Below are positions 18,636 through 29,004 of a stretch of DNA of 64,000 nt, in pieces. Position 1 is the first letter of the stretch. Each line of letters opens with the position of its first letter. Source of the DNA: Chromatiales bacterium. GTDB taxonomy: Bacteria; Pseudomonadota; Gammaproteobacteria; Chromatiales; Chromatiaceae. The stretch spans positions 48,756 to 112,755 of the forward strand of contig JAQYVO010000195.1 in the NCBI GenBank assembly GCA_030145425.1, written 5' to 3'. Both the position numbers and the translations under genes were made by a program. The notes under the pieces are model-generated. The model was not told where the DNA came from. It made no database searches and saw only the letters and a program-made list of their open reading frames with translations.

Positions 18636-20588
18636 ATGAACAGCAAGATCGTCACCGCTGATGAAGCAGTCGCACTGATTCAGGATGGCAATACCTTATG
18701 TTGTAACGGTTTTGTACAAAGCGGTTATCCCGACGCACTCTTAGAGGCTCTGGAACGCCGCTTTCTGGAAACCGGATCCCCAAGGAACCTCACACTGTTC
18801 GCAGCTGCCGGGCAGTCAGACGGCAAAACCAAGGGCACAAACCGGCTCGGCCACGAAGGCCTGCTCCGTCGTGTCGTCAGCGGCAACTGGGGCCGCATGC
18901 CCAATGTGGTGAAACTGGCCCGGGAGAACAAGATATACGGTTACAACCTGCCCCAGGGGGTCATCTGCCAGCTTTACCGGACCCGGGCCAGTGGTCAGCC
19001 GGGCCTGTTCTCCAAGATCGGTCTGAACACCTTCGTGGACCCCCGCCTCGAAGGTGGCAGGATCAACGAGATCACCACCAAGGATATCGTCAATCTGGTT
19101 AATATCGATGGTGAAGAGTGGCTCTTCTACAAAGTCGGCACCGTGGACGTGGCTTTCATCCGCGGCACCACCGCCGATCCGTCCGGCAACATCACCATGG
19201 AAAAGGAGGCCATGCCTCTGGACAACCTTGCCCAGGCCATGGCGGTAAAGAACTCCAACGGTATCGTCATCGCCCAGGTGGAGCGCATTGCCGAGCAGAA
19301 TTCCCTGAATTCCCGGGATGTTAAAATCCCCGGCATCCTGGTGGATTGCCTGGTGGTGGCCGAAAAGCCGGAACATCACATGATCAACTGCGGATCACAG
19401 TACGACCCTGCACTGGCTGGTGAGATCCGGGTTCCCCTGACATCCCTGAAACCCATGCCCCTGGACGCCCGCAAGATCATGGCCCGGCGTGCAGCTTTCG
19501 AGTTGCCGCCGAACGGCATCGTCAATCTCGGCGTTGGAGTCCCCGAAGGGGTGGCCGCCGTGGCCAACGAGGAGAAGATCACACAGTACATCACGCTGAC
19601 TTCCGAGGCGGGAACCATCGGCGGCGTACTGGCCAGCGGTGCCAGTTTCGGGGCGGGCGTCAACGTGGATGCGGTAATCGATCAGAATCAGCAGTTCGAT
19701 TTCTACGACGGCGGCGGGCTGGATATGGCCTGCCTGGGAATGGCCGAGTGTGATGAACGGGGCAATGTCAACGTCAGCCGATTCGGAGACCGGCTTATCG
19801 GCTGCGGCGGGTTCATCAATATCTCCCAGAATGCCCGCTGCATGGTGTTCACCGGCACCTTTACCGCCGGTGGACTCAAGATAGGCATCGAAGACGGCAA
19901 GGTCAGGATTCTTCAGGAAGGCAAGGTCCGGAAGTTCGTCAGGCAGGTCAAGCAGGTATCATTCAGCGGTGATTTCTCGGTGACCCGTAAGCAGCCCGTC
20001 TATTTCGTCACCGAACGTTGCGTATTTCGCAGGGGATTGCGGGGACTGGTCCTGACAGAAGTTGCACCGGGTATCGATATCGAGCGGGATATACTGGCCC
20101 ATATGGATTTTATGCCGAAAATCCGGGATCCGGTTCTCATGGACGGACGCATTTTCCATGAGGACAACATGAACCTGGAAGCCGAGCTGCTCAATTTGTC
20201 ATTGCCGGACCGTATCAGTTATGACGCAACCCGCAACATGCTCTTTATCAACCTGGAGGGACATTACCTCCGGGTTAGGGAAGACATCGCCACGTTGCGC
20301 GATCTGCTGGTCAACCGCTGCAAGAAGATAGGAAAACGGGTGGGTGTATTCATTAACTACAATTCGTTTCGGATCAACGAGAACATTGTAGACGATTATG
20401 CGGACATGGACCGCTACATGCTGGAACACTACTACACCACCATCACCCGCTACGCCACCAGCGCCTTCATGCGCATGAAACTGGATCAGGCCTTTTCGGA
20501 GCGGGATATCGCACCCCATGTTTTTGAAAGAAAGGAGGAGGCCCAGGCATTTCTCACCTCGAACGGAACGGAATCCGGCGCCCCTTGA
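18636..20588 (+). CDS. Fused alpha/beta class I acyl-CoA:carboxylate CoA-transferase (YdiF/Pct-like) with about 130-aa C-terminal extension
   Basis: 650 aa. Contains GF...GYP, ITLTSEAGTIGG (catalytic Glu context) and DFYDGGGLD. The C-terminal region LNLSLPDRISYD...TRYATSAFMRMKL lies beyond the usual length of about 520 aa. Confidence 0.75.
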   Translation: MNSKIVTADEAVALIQDGNTLCCNGFVQSGYPDALLEALERRFLETGSPRNLTLFAAAGQSDGKTKGTNRLGHEGLLRRVVSGNWGRMPNVVKLARENKIYGYNLPQGVICQLYRTRASGQPGLFSKIGLNTFVDPRLEGGRINEITTKDIVNLVNIDGEEWLFYKVGTVDVAFIRGTTADPSGNITMEKEAMPLDNLAQAMAVKNSNGIVIAQVERIAEQNSLNSRDVKIPGILVDCLVVAEKPEHHMINCGSQYDPALAGEIRVPLTSLKPMPLDARKIMARRAAFELPPNGIVNLGVGVPEGVAAVANEEKITQYITLTSEAGTIGGVLASGASFGAGVNVDAVIDQNQQFDFYDGGGLDMACLGMAECDERGNVNVSRFGDRLIGCGGFINISQNARCMVFTGTFTAGGLKIGIEDGKVRILQEGKVRKFVRQVKQVSFSGDFSVTRKQPVYFVTERCVFRRGLRGLVLTEVAPGIDIERDILAHMDFMPKIRDPVLMDGRIFHEDNMNLEAELLNLSLPDRISYDATRNMLFINLEGHYLRVREDIATLRDLLVNRCKKIGKRVGVFINYNSFRINENIVDDYADMDRYMLEHYYTTITRYATSAFMRMKLDQAFSERDIAPHVFERKEEAQAFLTSNGTESGAP

Positions 20589-20684
20589 TCCGCCGGATCA
20601 TTGGTCAATTGGCTTGAATTTAACGCGACCTGGAAAGGCTGCGTGAGAATCTTACGGGGAAGGACTCAAGGTCCAGGAAAAAGA

Positions 20685-20885
20685 TCAGCCGAATACTTTC
20701 GGCTCGCCACTCCCGATTTCCTGGCATACGGGAACGGGATCGTTCTGAAAGAATATGTGGTTGTCATTGTGACAGCAGTATTTTCTTTTTCTGTAAACCA
20801 GCCGCTCTTTAACCGTCCTGTTCACCTGATGGACATCGTGTGAACCGCACCTGGGGCAGATAACATTGTGCGAGTCGAAGTCCAT
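20685..20885 (-). CDS. Hypothetical small Cys/His-rich (zinc-ribbon-like) protein
   Basis: 66 aa with CPRCG...CCHNDNH. No other support. Confidence 0.3.
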   Translation of the reverse strand: MDFDSHNVICPRCGSHDVHQVNRTVKERLVYRKRKYCCHNDNHIFFQNDPVPVCQEIGSGEPKVFG

Positions 20886-20986
20886 GTAATTAGATACGGC
20901 TCGATTCCGGGATTCTTGAGTTGACCGAGATCACAAAACTGTAGAAAAACGGGCTCGTTCCCTGATCCAGTGGGTAAATTTCAGTT

Positions 20987-21108
20987 GTAGGGCCGAATTC
21001 ATTCGGCCAGCAGCCATTATTACCATTGCACAAACAGGGTGATGGGGTTTGCCTTGCCTGGGTTGTGATGTCTGATCATATGCATTGGTCGAATGAATTC
21101 GACCCTAC
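20987..21108. repeat. REPIN-like pair of inverted REP hairpins (GTAG ... CTAC)
   Basis: GTAG-GGCCGAA-TTCA-TTCGGCC at 20987..21008 and GGTCGAA-TGAA-TTCGACC-CTAC at 21087..21108 are in inverted orientation about 78 bp apart. Confidence 0.7.
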
Positions 21109-21184
21109 ATGCTCCCCGGGTAAAGTAAAAAGCCTCAGGTGAGATGATTCTTTGATTTGTGGATTGTGAGGCAGGGATTGATTC

Positions 21185-21277
21185 GCCCGCTTTTCGGGCT
21201 CACCCCTTCGGGGCGTCATCACTGCGTGATGACGTCTGCGCCGATGCTCTTGCATCGGCTGTCGAACCGAAGGGTTC
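21185..21277 (+). other. Cluster of five consecutive short stem-loops (candidate structured RNA or element remnant)
   Basis: GCCCG-CTTTT-CGGGC (21185..21199); CCCC-TTC-GGGG (21203..21213); CGTCATCAC-TGC-GTGATGACG (21214..21234); GCCGATGC-TCTT-GCATCGGC (21240..21259); GAACC-GAAG-GGTTC (21264..21277). Confidence 0.4.
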
Positions 21278-21301
21278 TCATCAAGCCTGCACTCCCCTGG
21301 T

Positions 21302-21335
21302 AATACAAAAGGCCCCTGATGGGGCCTTTTGTATT
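21302..21335. terminator. Bidirectional intrinsic terminator
   Basis: AATACAAAAGGCCCC-TGAT-GGGGCCTTTTGTATT is a perfect palindrome with a U-run on both strands. It lies immediately 3' of tRNA-Ser. Confidence 0.8.
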
Positions 21336-21337
21336 AC

Positions 21338-21425
21338 TGGCGGAGAGGCAGGGATTCGAACCCTGGGAACCTTACGGTTCAACGGTTTTCAAGACCGCCG
21401 CTTTCGGCCGCTCAGCCACCTCTCC
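21338..21425 (-). tRNA. tRNA-Ser (anticodon UGA), long variable arm, CCA encoded
   Basis: Reverse complement reads GGAGAGGTGGCTGAGCGG...GGT-CTTGAAA-ACC...long variable arm...CAGGGTTCGAATCCCTGCCTCTCCGCCA. The acceptor stem GGAGAGG/CCTCTCC pairs. Confidence 0.9.
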
Positions 21426-21604
21426 GGATTGTCGAGGGCGAAGAATACCCGAATAACACCCGGTTTTACCACTGGTTTTCAGATTAAGCCTTGAAATGTT
21501 GAAGTTTCCGCCCAATTGAGTATGCTGTGGAACAAATACCAAGTATCGCAGTCTGATAACTGGGTTATCCAAGAGAATTATATAAACAGGAGTGAGCAGA
21601 TATC

Positions 21605-22276
21605 ATGAATAGACTGGATTATTCGGTTGCCCGTCCGGCGGCAACTTCGGTCTCGATCAACAAGGTTCTGAAGAATACCTATATTCTTTTGTCGGCGACG
21701 CTGATATTCAGTGCCTTGATGGCGGCAGCCTCGGTGGCCTTCCAGATGCCGCCCATGACCTACCTGCTGAGCCTCGGTGCGGCGTTCCTGCTTATCTGGC
21801 TGGTTCTTCCCAAAACCGCCAACTCCAGTTCGGGACTTGTGGTGGTTTTTGCCATAACGGGCCTGATGGGATTTGGCCTGGGACCGATTCTCAGCATGTA
21901 CCTTGCCCTGTCCAACGGTCCTCAGATCGTGGCTACCGCTTTTGGCGGTACTGGCGTGATCTTCCTGGGCTTGTCAGGATATGCCCTGACGACCCGCAAG
22001 GATTTCAGCTTCATGGGCGGGTTTCTTATCGCAGGCATGCTGATGATACTGGTGACGGCGCTGGCCAATATCTTCCTGGCCATCCCGGCCCTTTCTCTGG
22101 CGATATCGGCGGTGGTCATCATGCTGATGAGCGGCTTCATCCTGTACGATACCAGCCGCATGATCCACGGGGGTGAGACCAATTACATCACCATGACGAT
22201 TAGCTTGTATCTCGCCATTTACAACATCTTCGTCAGCCTGCTGCACATACTGGGCGCATTGGGCGGTGACGATTGA
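21605..22276 (+). CDS. Bax-inhibitor-1/YccA-family integral membrane protein
   Basis: 223 aa with seven hydrophobic segments. N-terminus VLKNTYILLSATL and the C-terminal region IYNIFVSLLHILG are typical of the BI-1/YccA family. Confidence 0.8.
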   Translation: MNRLDYSVARPAATSVSINKVLKNTYILLSATLIFSALMAAASVAFQMPPMTYLLSLGAAFLLIWLVLPKTANSSSGLVVVFAITGLMGFGLGPILSMYLALSNGPQIVATAFGGTGVIFLGLSGYALTTRKDFSFMGGFLIAGMLMILVTALANIFLAIPALSLAISAVVIMLMSGFILYDTSRMIHGGETNYITMTISLYLAIYNIFVSLLHILGALGGDD

Positions 22277-22308
22277 CACCCTGAATCTTTGATTCAGTGA
22301 TTCCGAAC

Positions 22309-22339
22309 AAGCCCCGGTAACCCCGGGGCTTAATTTATT
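22309..22339 (+). terminator. Intrinsic terminator after the yccA-like gene
   Basis: AAGCCCCGG-TAACC-CCGGGGCTT followed by AATTTATT. Confidence 0.65.
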
Positions 22340-22360
22340 CAGAAAGGCGTAGGCGTAACA

Positions 22361-22540
22361 ATGGACTGGATGCAGATCGGTTCGGCCATTCTCCTCGGGG
22401 CGATGATTGTGTTCCTTTGGCCCCGGGCAAAACAGATGCTCAAGGAAACCCGCAAGGCGGAAGCCGGCGAATGGCAGTCCGCAATACTGCCTATTCTTGC
22501 CGTCATGGGGTTTGTTGCCTTACTGGTGATGATGGTCTGA
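22361..22540 (+). CDS. Hypothetical 59-aa two-TM membrane peptide (below the track's length cutoff)
   Basis: My translation is MDWMQIGSAILLGAMIVFLWPRAKQMLKETRKAEAGEWQSAILPILAVMGFVALLVMMV: two hydrophobic helices joined by a basic loop. The SD is weak. Confidence 0.35.
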   Translation: MDWMQIGSAILLGAMIVFLWPRAKQMLKETRKAEAGEWQSAILPILAVMGFVALLVMMV

Positions 22541-22573
22541 GACATCCACCGTTCGTCACCGGCTATCGCTGGT

Positions 22574-24161
<1,588 letters not shown>

Positions 24162-24165
<4 letters not shown>

Positions 24166-24536
24166 AACTGTCTCCCAAGCAAAAGGCCTGCCCAGGCTGC
24201 CAGCAGACAGGCGAACACGGAAACTGCCATATTGAGTATCGCTTTCATGTAGTCGGCCTGTTCGATCAGATTGAGCGTCTCTATGGAGAATGTTGAAAAG
24301 GTCGTAAATGACCCCAGCAAACCGATAATGATTGCCGCCCTGACTTCCGGCTCAACGGTCATTCGCTCCATAAAGAGCACATACAGAAAACCCATCAGCA
24401 GCGAGCCGATCACATTGACCACCAGGGTTCCCCAGGGAAACCCACGTCCCAGGATTCCATATACTCCACTGGAGATCCAGAATCTCAGCAAGGCACCTGC
24501 GGCGCCACCGGCAGCAATGGAAAGCATCTGGATCAA
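24162..24536 (-). CDS. crcB: Fluoride channel CrcB/FluC
   Basis: 124 aa with four TM segments. Contains GGAAGALLRF, FPWGTLVVNVIGS and GSFTTFSTF. Confidence 0.9.
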
Positions 24537-24641
24537 TGGGACGAACTCTCAACCTGTCTCAACAATTTTTCGGGCAATTACTCAGGGTATCAAAGCGGCG
24601 CATTCTACACCCAGATGACGCTCCGGACGAATCCAAAAAAA

Positions 24642-25982
24642 CTACTCCCTTTCGCTCTCGGCCGCGCGGTCCAGTGCTCGCAACCGCTCCAGCTTCTCCC
24701 TGATTCTGATCTCCAGCCCTCTGTCCACCGGCCGGTAGTAGACAGGTTCGGGCATATCGTCCGGAAAATAGTGCTCGCCGGCAGCATAGGCATCCGGCTC
24801 ATCGTGGGCATAACGGTATGCCTTGCCGTGCCCCAGTTCCTTCATCAGACGGGTCGGGGCATTGCGCAGGTGTACCGGCACATCACGGGTACCGGACTCC
24901 CCGGCATCTTTCGTGGCGGCCTGGTAGGCCTTGTAGACCGCGTTGCTCTTTGCCGCCGATGCCAGATAGAGCACCGCCTGGGCGATACAGAGTTCCCCTT
25001 CCGGACTGCCGAGGCGTTCCTGGGCCTCCCATGCATCGAGTGCGATTGCCAGGGCTCTCGGATCCGCGTTGCCGATATCTTCGGCCGCCATCCTCACCAC
25101 CCGCCTGGCAATGTACAAAGGATCACAGCCCCCGTCTATCATGCGACAGAACCAGTAGAGCGCGGCATCGGGCGCCGAACCCCGAACCGATTTGTGGAGT
25201 GCGGAAATCTGATCGTAGAAGAGATCTCCGCCTTTGTCGAAGCGTCGCAGGTTTCCCGTGATGACCTCTTCGACGGCCTGCTCGGATATGGAAGAGCCGT
25301 CAGAAAGATCGGCGGCCAGTTCCAGGAGATTCAGGGCCCGGCGAGCATCACCGTCCGCCGCCACGGCGATGGTATGTCTGAGATCGGATTCCAGGGTGAG
25401 TCCCCGTTCGCCCAATCCTCGTGTCGGATCGGCCAGCGCCTGTTCTATGACCTCCTCCAGGTCCGTGGGCTCAAGACTCCTGAGCACATAAGTCCTGGCC
25501 CGGGAGAGAAGAGCATTGTTCAGCTCGAAAGATGGATTTTCAGTGGTGGCGCCGATAAAAACCACGGTGCCGTCTTCCACGTGGGGCAGAAAGGCATCCT
25601 GCTGTGATTTGTTGAAGCGATGCACCTCGTCGATGAAAAGTACCGTGGATCGCCCCTCCAGTTGCTGTACCCGACGGGCCTCCTCCACCGCGTTTCGAAT
25701 ATCCTTGACCCCGGACAATACGGCGGAAAGGCTCAGGAAACACGCACCCGAGTGGTGGGCGATGATGCGGGCCAGGGTGGTTTTGCCCGTGCCCGGAGGT
25801 CCCCAGAAAATCATGGAATGATACCGGTCGGCCTCGATGGCGCAACGCAGGGGTTTGCCCTTTCCTACGATGTGTTCCTGTCCGATGAATTCAGAGAGAA
25901 CCCTTGGCCGCATGCGATCCGCCAGCGGACGGGGTCCGGCAGGGAACTCCTTGGCGAACAGATCGGGGTCTGGGGGTGTCAT
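24642..25982 (-). CDS. rarA: Replication-associated recombination protein A (MgsA/RarA AAA+ ATPase)
   Basis: Starts at the ATG at 25982 ([17 protein letters not shown]). Has Walker [20 protein letters not shown] and the C-terminal MgsA domain. The track ORF extends to 26177. Confidence 0.9.
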   Translation of the reverse strand: MTPPDPDLFAKEFPAGPRPLADRMRPRVLSEFIGQEHIVGKGKPLRCAIEADRYHSMIFWGPPGTGKTTLARIIAHHSGACFLSLSAVLSGVKDIRNAVEEARRVQQLEGRSTVLFIDEVHRFNKSQQDAFLPHVEDGTVVFIGATTENPSFELNNALLSRARTYVLRSLEPTDLEEVIEQALADPTRGLGERGLTLESDLRHTIAVAADGDARRALNLLELAADLSDGSSISEQAVEEVITGNLRRFDKGGDLFYDQISALHKSVRGSAPDAALYWFCRMIDGGCDPLYIARRVVRMAAEDIGNADPRALAIALDAWEAQERLGSPEGELCIAQAVLYLASAAKSNAVYKAYQAATKDAGESGTRDVPVHLRNAPTRLMKELGHGKAYRYAHDEPDAYAAGEHYFPDDMPEPVYYRPVDRGLEIRIREKLERLRALDRAAESERE

Positions 25983-25989
25983 GATCCGT

Positions 25990-26613
25990 TCAGCGGTTAT
26001 AGATATCGGTGCCGAAAGGTCGCTCAAACCGGAAAAAATTGCTGTCGAACTCCGGATTCTTACGGATATCGTGAAAGCTGAAACGGGTGATCTGACCAAA
26101 CTTGTCCGCCATCTCCATTCGGCGCAGTTCGCCATCGGCGAATGCCAACAACACACGGATAAACTGACTCTCCTCATCCTTGGGGATCAGTTGCACCCAG
26201 GACAGATCCTCCCTCGATCCCATATCTGTGATCTCGAATGTATCGCTTAGCCTGTCACCGCTGACAAGGAGCATCGCCGGTGTTCCCTTCAGGGCCTTTT
26301 TTTGTGACTGTACGCTCACCTGCTCCAGTTCCGGATCGTAAAGCCAGATCTGGCGGCCGTCGGCAATCAACTGCTGGCTATCGGGCTCCAGATAATCCCA
26401 ACGGAATTTGTCTGGCCTTTTGAGGTAGAAGATTCCCCTCGTGCTGGTGGTCTGTCTGTCCTGGATATTCAAGAGGGTCTGTTCGAAGCGTGCCTCCAGG
26501 CCGTCCACCTCATTCAGAAAGCGTTGCAGTTCCTCGATGCCACTGGCGGCCCAGGTGTTTGCGACAAGGAAAAAGGTTAGTGCCAGGGTAACCAGGAAAC
26601 TTCTTATGGACAT
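25990..26613 (-). CDS. lolA: Outer-membrane lipoprotein carrier protein LolA
   Basis: 207 aa with a signal peptide ending ..NTWA. Contains L..F......L.A.F.Q and [10 protein letters not shown]. Confidence 0.9.
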   Translation of the reverse strand: MSIRSFLVTLALTFFLVANTWAASGIEELQRFLNEVDGLEARFEQTLLNIQDRQTTSTRGIFYLKRPDKFRWDYLEPDSQQLIADGRQIWLYDPELEQVSVQSQKKALKGTPAMLLVSGDRLSDTFEITDMGSREDLSWVQLIPKDEESQFIRVLLAFADGELRRMEMADKFGQITRFSFHDIRKNPEFDSNFFRFERPFGTDIYNR

Positions 26614-26622
26614 ATTAGAATC

Positions 26623-28878
26623 TCAGGGCGGTGGAGGTGCCAACACTTCCCGGTTCCCGTTTGTCTGGGCGGGAGTCACGATGCCGATGCGCTCCATCTC
26701 CTCGATAAGCCGCGCAGCTCGGTTGTACCCGATCTTGAGCCTGCGCTGCACCCCGGAAATCGAGGCTCGTCGGCTCTCAGTGACGATCCGCACCGCTTCG
26801 TCATACAGGGGATCCGACTCCTCGACACTGCCGGCACCGGACTCATCCTGTAGACCCGGGATTGCCTCTAATGGTTCCTGGAGTATGGCCTCGATATAGT
26901 CCGGCTCACCCATGGTCTTGATATGCGCCACTACCCGGTGCACCTCGTTATCGTCGACGAAGGCCCCATGGATGCGCTGGGGTATACTGCTGCCCGGCGG
27001 AAGATAGAGCATGTCACCGTGTCCCAGCAGGTGTTCCGCGCCCATTTGATCGAGGATGGTTCGGGAGTCGATACGCGACGAAACCTGGAAGGCGATCCGG
27101 GTTGGTATGTTGGCCTTGATCAGGCCGGTAATCACATCCACCGAGGGACGCTGGGTCGCCAGGAGCAGATGGATGCCCGAGGCGCGGGCTTTCTGGGCCA
27201 GGCGGGCAATCAACTCCTCCACTTTCTTACCGACAACCATCATCATGTCGGCCAGCTCATCGATGATGATAACGATATAGGGCAGAGTTTCGAGATCCGG
27301 CGCCTCCTGGTCCTCCATGAGGGGGTCGGGCTGGAACAGCGGGTCCTTGATGGCCTCACCGCGTTTCCGGGCATCCTTTATCTTGCGGTTGCAACCGGCG
27401 ATGTTCCGCACCCCCATGGTAGCCATCAGGCGATAGCGCCGATCCATCTCACCCACGCTCCAACGCAGGGCGTTGGCCGCCTCCTTCATATCGGTCACCA
27501 CGGGAGTCAACAGATGGGGTATCCCTTCGTATACCGAGAGCTCCAGCATTTTTGGATCCACCATGATCATGCGGACCTCCTGGGGGGATGCCTTGTAAAG
27601 CAGGCTGAGAACCATTGCGTTGATGGCCACCGATTTTCCGGAACCTGTGGTCCCGGCAATCAGGGCATGGGGCATCTTGTCCAGGTCGACAACCGTGGGA
27701 TTGCCGGCGATATCCTTGCCCAGCGCCAGGGTCAGGGGCGATTTGGCCGCATCGTAGACTTCAGATTGAAGTACTTCGCTCAGGTAGACCATCTCCCGTT
27801 TATCGTGAGGAATCTCCAGCCCGACCACCGATTTTCCCGGGATCACTTCCACCACCCGCACGCTGATCGTGGAAAGTGCCCGCGCCAGATCCTTGGACAG
27901 GTTGGTGATCTTGCTGGCTTTGGTGCCCGGTGCCAGCTGCAGTTCGAACAGGGTGATGACCGGACCGGGGTACACAGCCACAACCTCGGCCTCCACGTTG
28001 AAGTCCCTGAGCTTGAGCTCCACCTGCCTCGATAAGGCCTCCAAAGACTCCTTCGAATAACCCCGACTGCCGTGACTGGCCGGATCGAGCAGGGCTAGCG
28101 GCGGCAGGTCACCCTCTACCGCCTTTTCGAACATGGGCACCTGGCGCTCTTTCTCCACCCGTTCGCTCTTCTTTACCGTCTGGATGACGGGTTCTATCTT
28201 GGGGGGCTTGCGGTTCTCGATCTTCTTTTGTTCGAAGTTGACCAGGGCACTGCGTCTTTTCCGGGCCTCGCGGGCCTTCCAGGCATCGGACAGGCGGTCC
28301 GAAGTAATTACCACCCACCGATAAATCTGCAGTGTCAGCCCGCCAATGCCGTCCACGACTGTCAGCCAGGAGATGCCGGTAAAAAGCGTGAACCCGCTTA
28401 ACAACAGTGCCAGCAGCAGGAGTGAACTGCCCGCAAAACTGAATATCGAAACCAGCTGCTCCTGCAGGTACGCACCCAGTATTCCACCGCCACCCCCGGG
28501 CAGCTGCATTGATTCTCCCGGTGCATGCAGTGCGGTGAAGGCGCAGCCGGCGCCGAGGATAATGAAGAAACCTATCCAGCGCAGGGCAATCAGGTGAACG
28601 CCGGGATGATCCACGGGCTCCCGGTCACGAAAAAATATCCAGCCGATCCAGCCGATCATGAAAGGAAACAGATAAGCCAGCAGCCCGAACAAATTCAGGA
28701 ATACATCGGCAAACCAGGCACCCATCGGGCCGCCGGCGTTAAGCACCTGTTCCCTTGTGCCCGTATAGGACCAGCCCGGGTCTTCAGGTGAAAAACTGAC
28801 AAGCGACAGCAGCAGGTAGGCGGTAAACGCCAGCAGGAGCAGCAAAGCCCCTTCCCTTAATCGCCTTCCGATATGCAT
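26623..28878 (-). CDS. ftsK: DNA translocase FtsK
   Basis: 751 aa with N-terminal TM helices, Walker [23 protein letters not shown] and a C-terminal gamma winged-helix domain ([21 protein letters not shown]). Confidence 0.95.
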   Translation of the reverse strand: MHIGRRLREGALLLLLAFTAYLLLSLVSFSPEDPGWSYTGTREQVLNAGGPMGAWFADVFLNLFGLLAYLFPFMIGWIGWIFFRDREPVDHPGVHLIALRWIGFFIILGAGCAFTALHAPGESMQLPGGGGGILGAYLQEQLVSIFSFAGSSLLLLALLLSGFTLFTGISWLTVVDGIGGLTLQIYRWVVITSDRLSDAWKAREARKRRSALVNFEQKKIENRKPPKIEPVIQTVKKSERVEKERQVPMFEKAVEGDLPPLALLDPASHGSRGYSKESLEALSRQVELKLRDFNVEAEVVAVYPGPVITLFELQLAPGTKASKITNLSKDLARALSTISVRVVEVIPGKSVVGLEIPHDKREMVYLSEVLQSEVYDAAKSPLTLALGKDIAGNPTVVDLDKMPHALIAGTTGSGKSVAINAMVLSLLYKASPQEVRMIMVDPKMLELSVYEGIPHLLTPVVTDMKEAANALRWSVGEMDRRYRLMATMGVRNIAGCNRKIKDARKRGEAIKDPLFQPDPLMEDQEAPDLETLPYIVIIIDELADMMMVVGKKVEELIARLAQKARASGIHLLLATQRPSVDVITGLIKANIPTRIAFQVSSRIDSRTILDQMGAEHLLGHGDMLYLPPGSSIPQRIHGAFVDDNEVHRVVAHIKTMGEPDYIEAILQEPLEAIPGLQDESGAGSVEESDPLYDEAVRIVTESRRASISGVQRRLKIGYNRAARLIEEMERIGIVTPAQTNGNREVLAPPPP

Positions 28879-28949
28879 TACAGATAGTTTCCCTGGTGCG
28901 GCCGACAGCTCAGATCAGAATATACAATTTCTACTAATATATTTTTGAA

Positions 28950-28980
28950 ATTATACAGTTATAGAAACTATTTCTGTCAA
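28950..28980 (-). promoter_or_regulatory. Putative sigma70 promoter for ftsK
   Basis: The minus strand reads TTGACA-19 nt-TATAAT. Both hexamers match consensus perfectly but the spacer is long. Confidence 0.4.
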
Positions 28981-29004
28981 TTTCTGGCTTTTTTCGCGTT
29001 GTCA

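Noticed and set aside
21159-21494. 111-aa + strand ORF
   Set aside because: It runs straight through tRNA-Ser and the hairpin cluster, so it is not a plausible protein.
24537-24641. Fluoride riboswitch upstream of crcB
   Set aside because: I read the minus-strand leader and did not find the conserved GGxGAUGG / CUGAUGAU-type elements. An Infernal search with the crcB-motif model would be decisive.
24615-28035. + strand ORFs 24615..25607, 25620..26081 and 26923..28035
   Set aside because: Antisense to rarA, lolA and ftsK, whose own translations carry unambiguous family motifs.
28879-29004. LexA (SOS) box in the ftsK promoter region, as in the E. coli dinH promoter
   Set aside because: ACAG and CTGT tetramers are present but in the wrong order and spacing (ACAG..N15..CTGT rather than CTGT-N8-ACAG).
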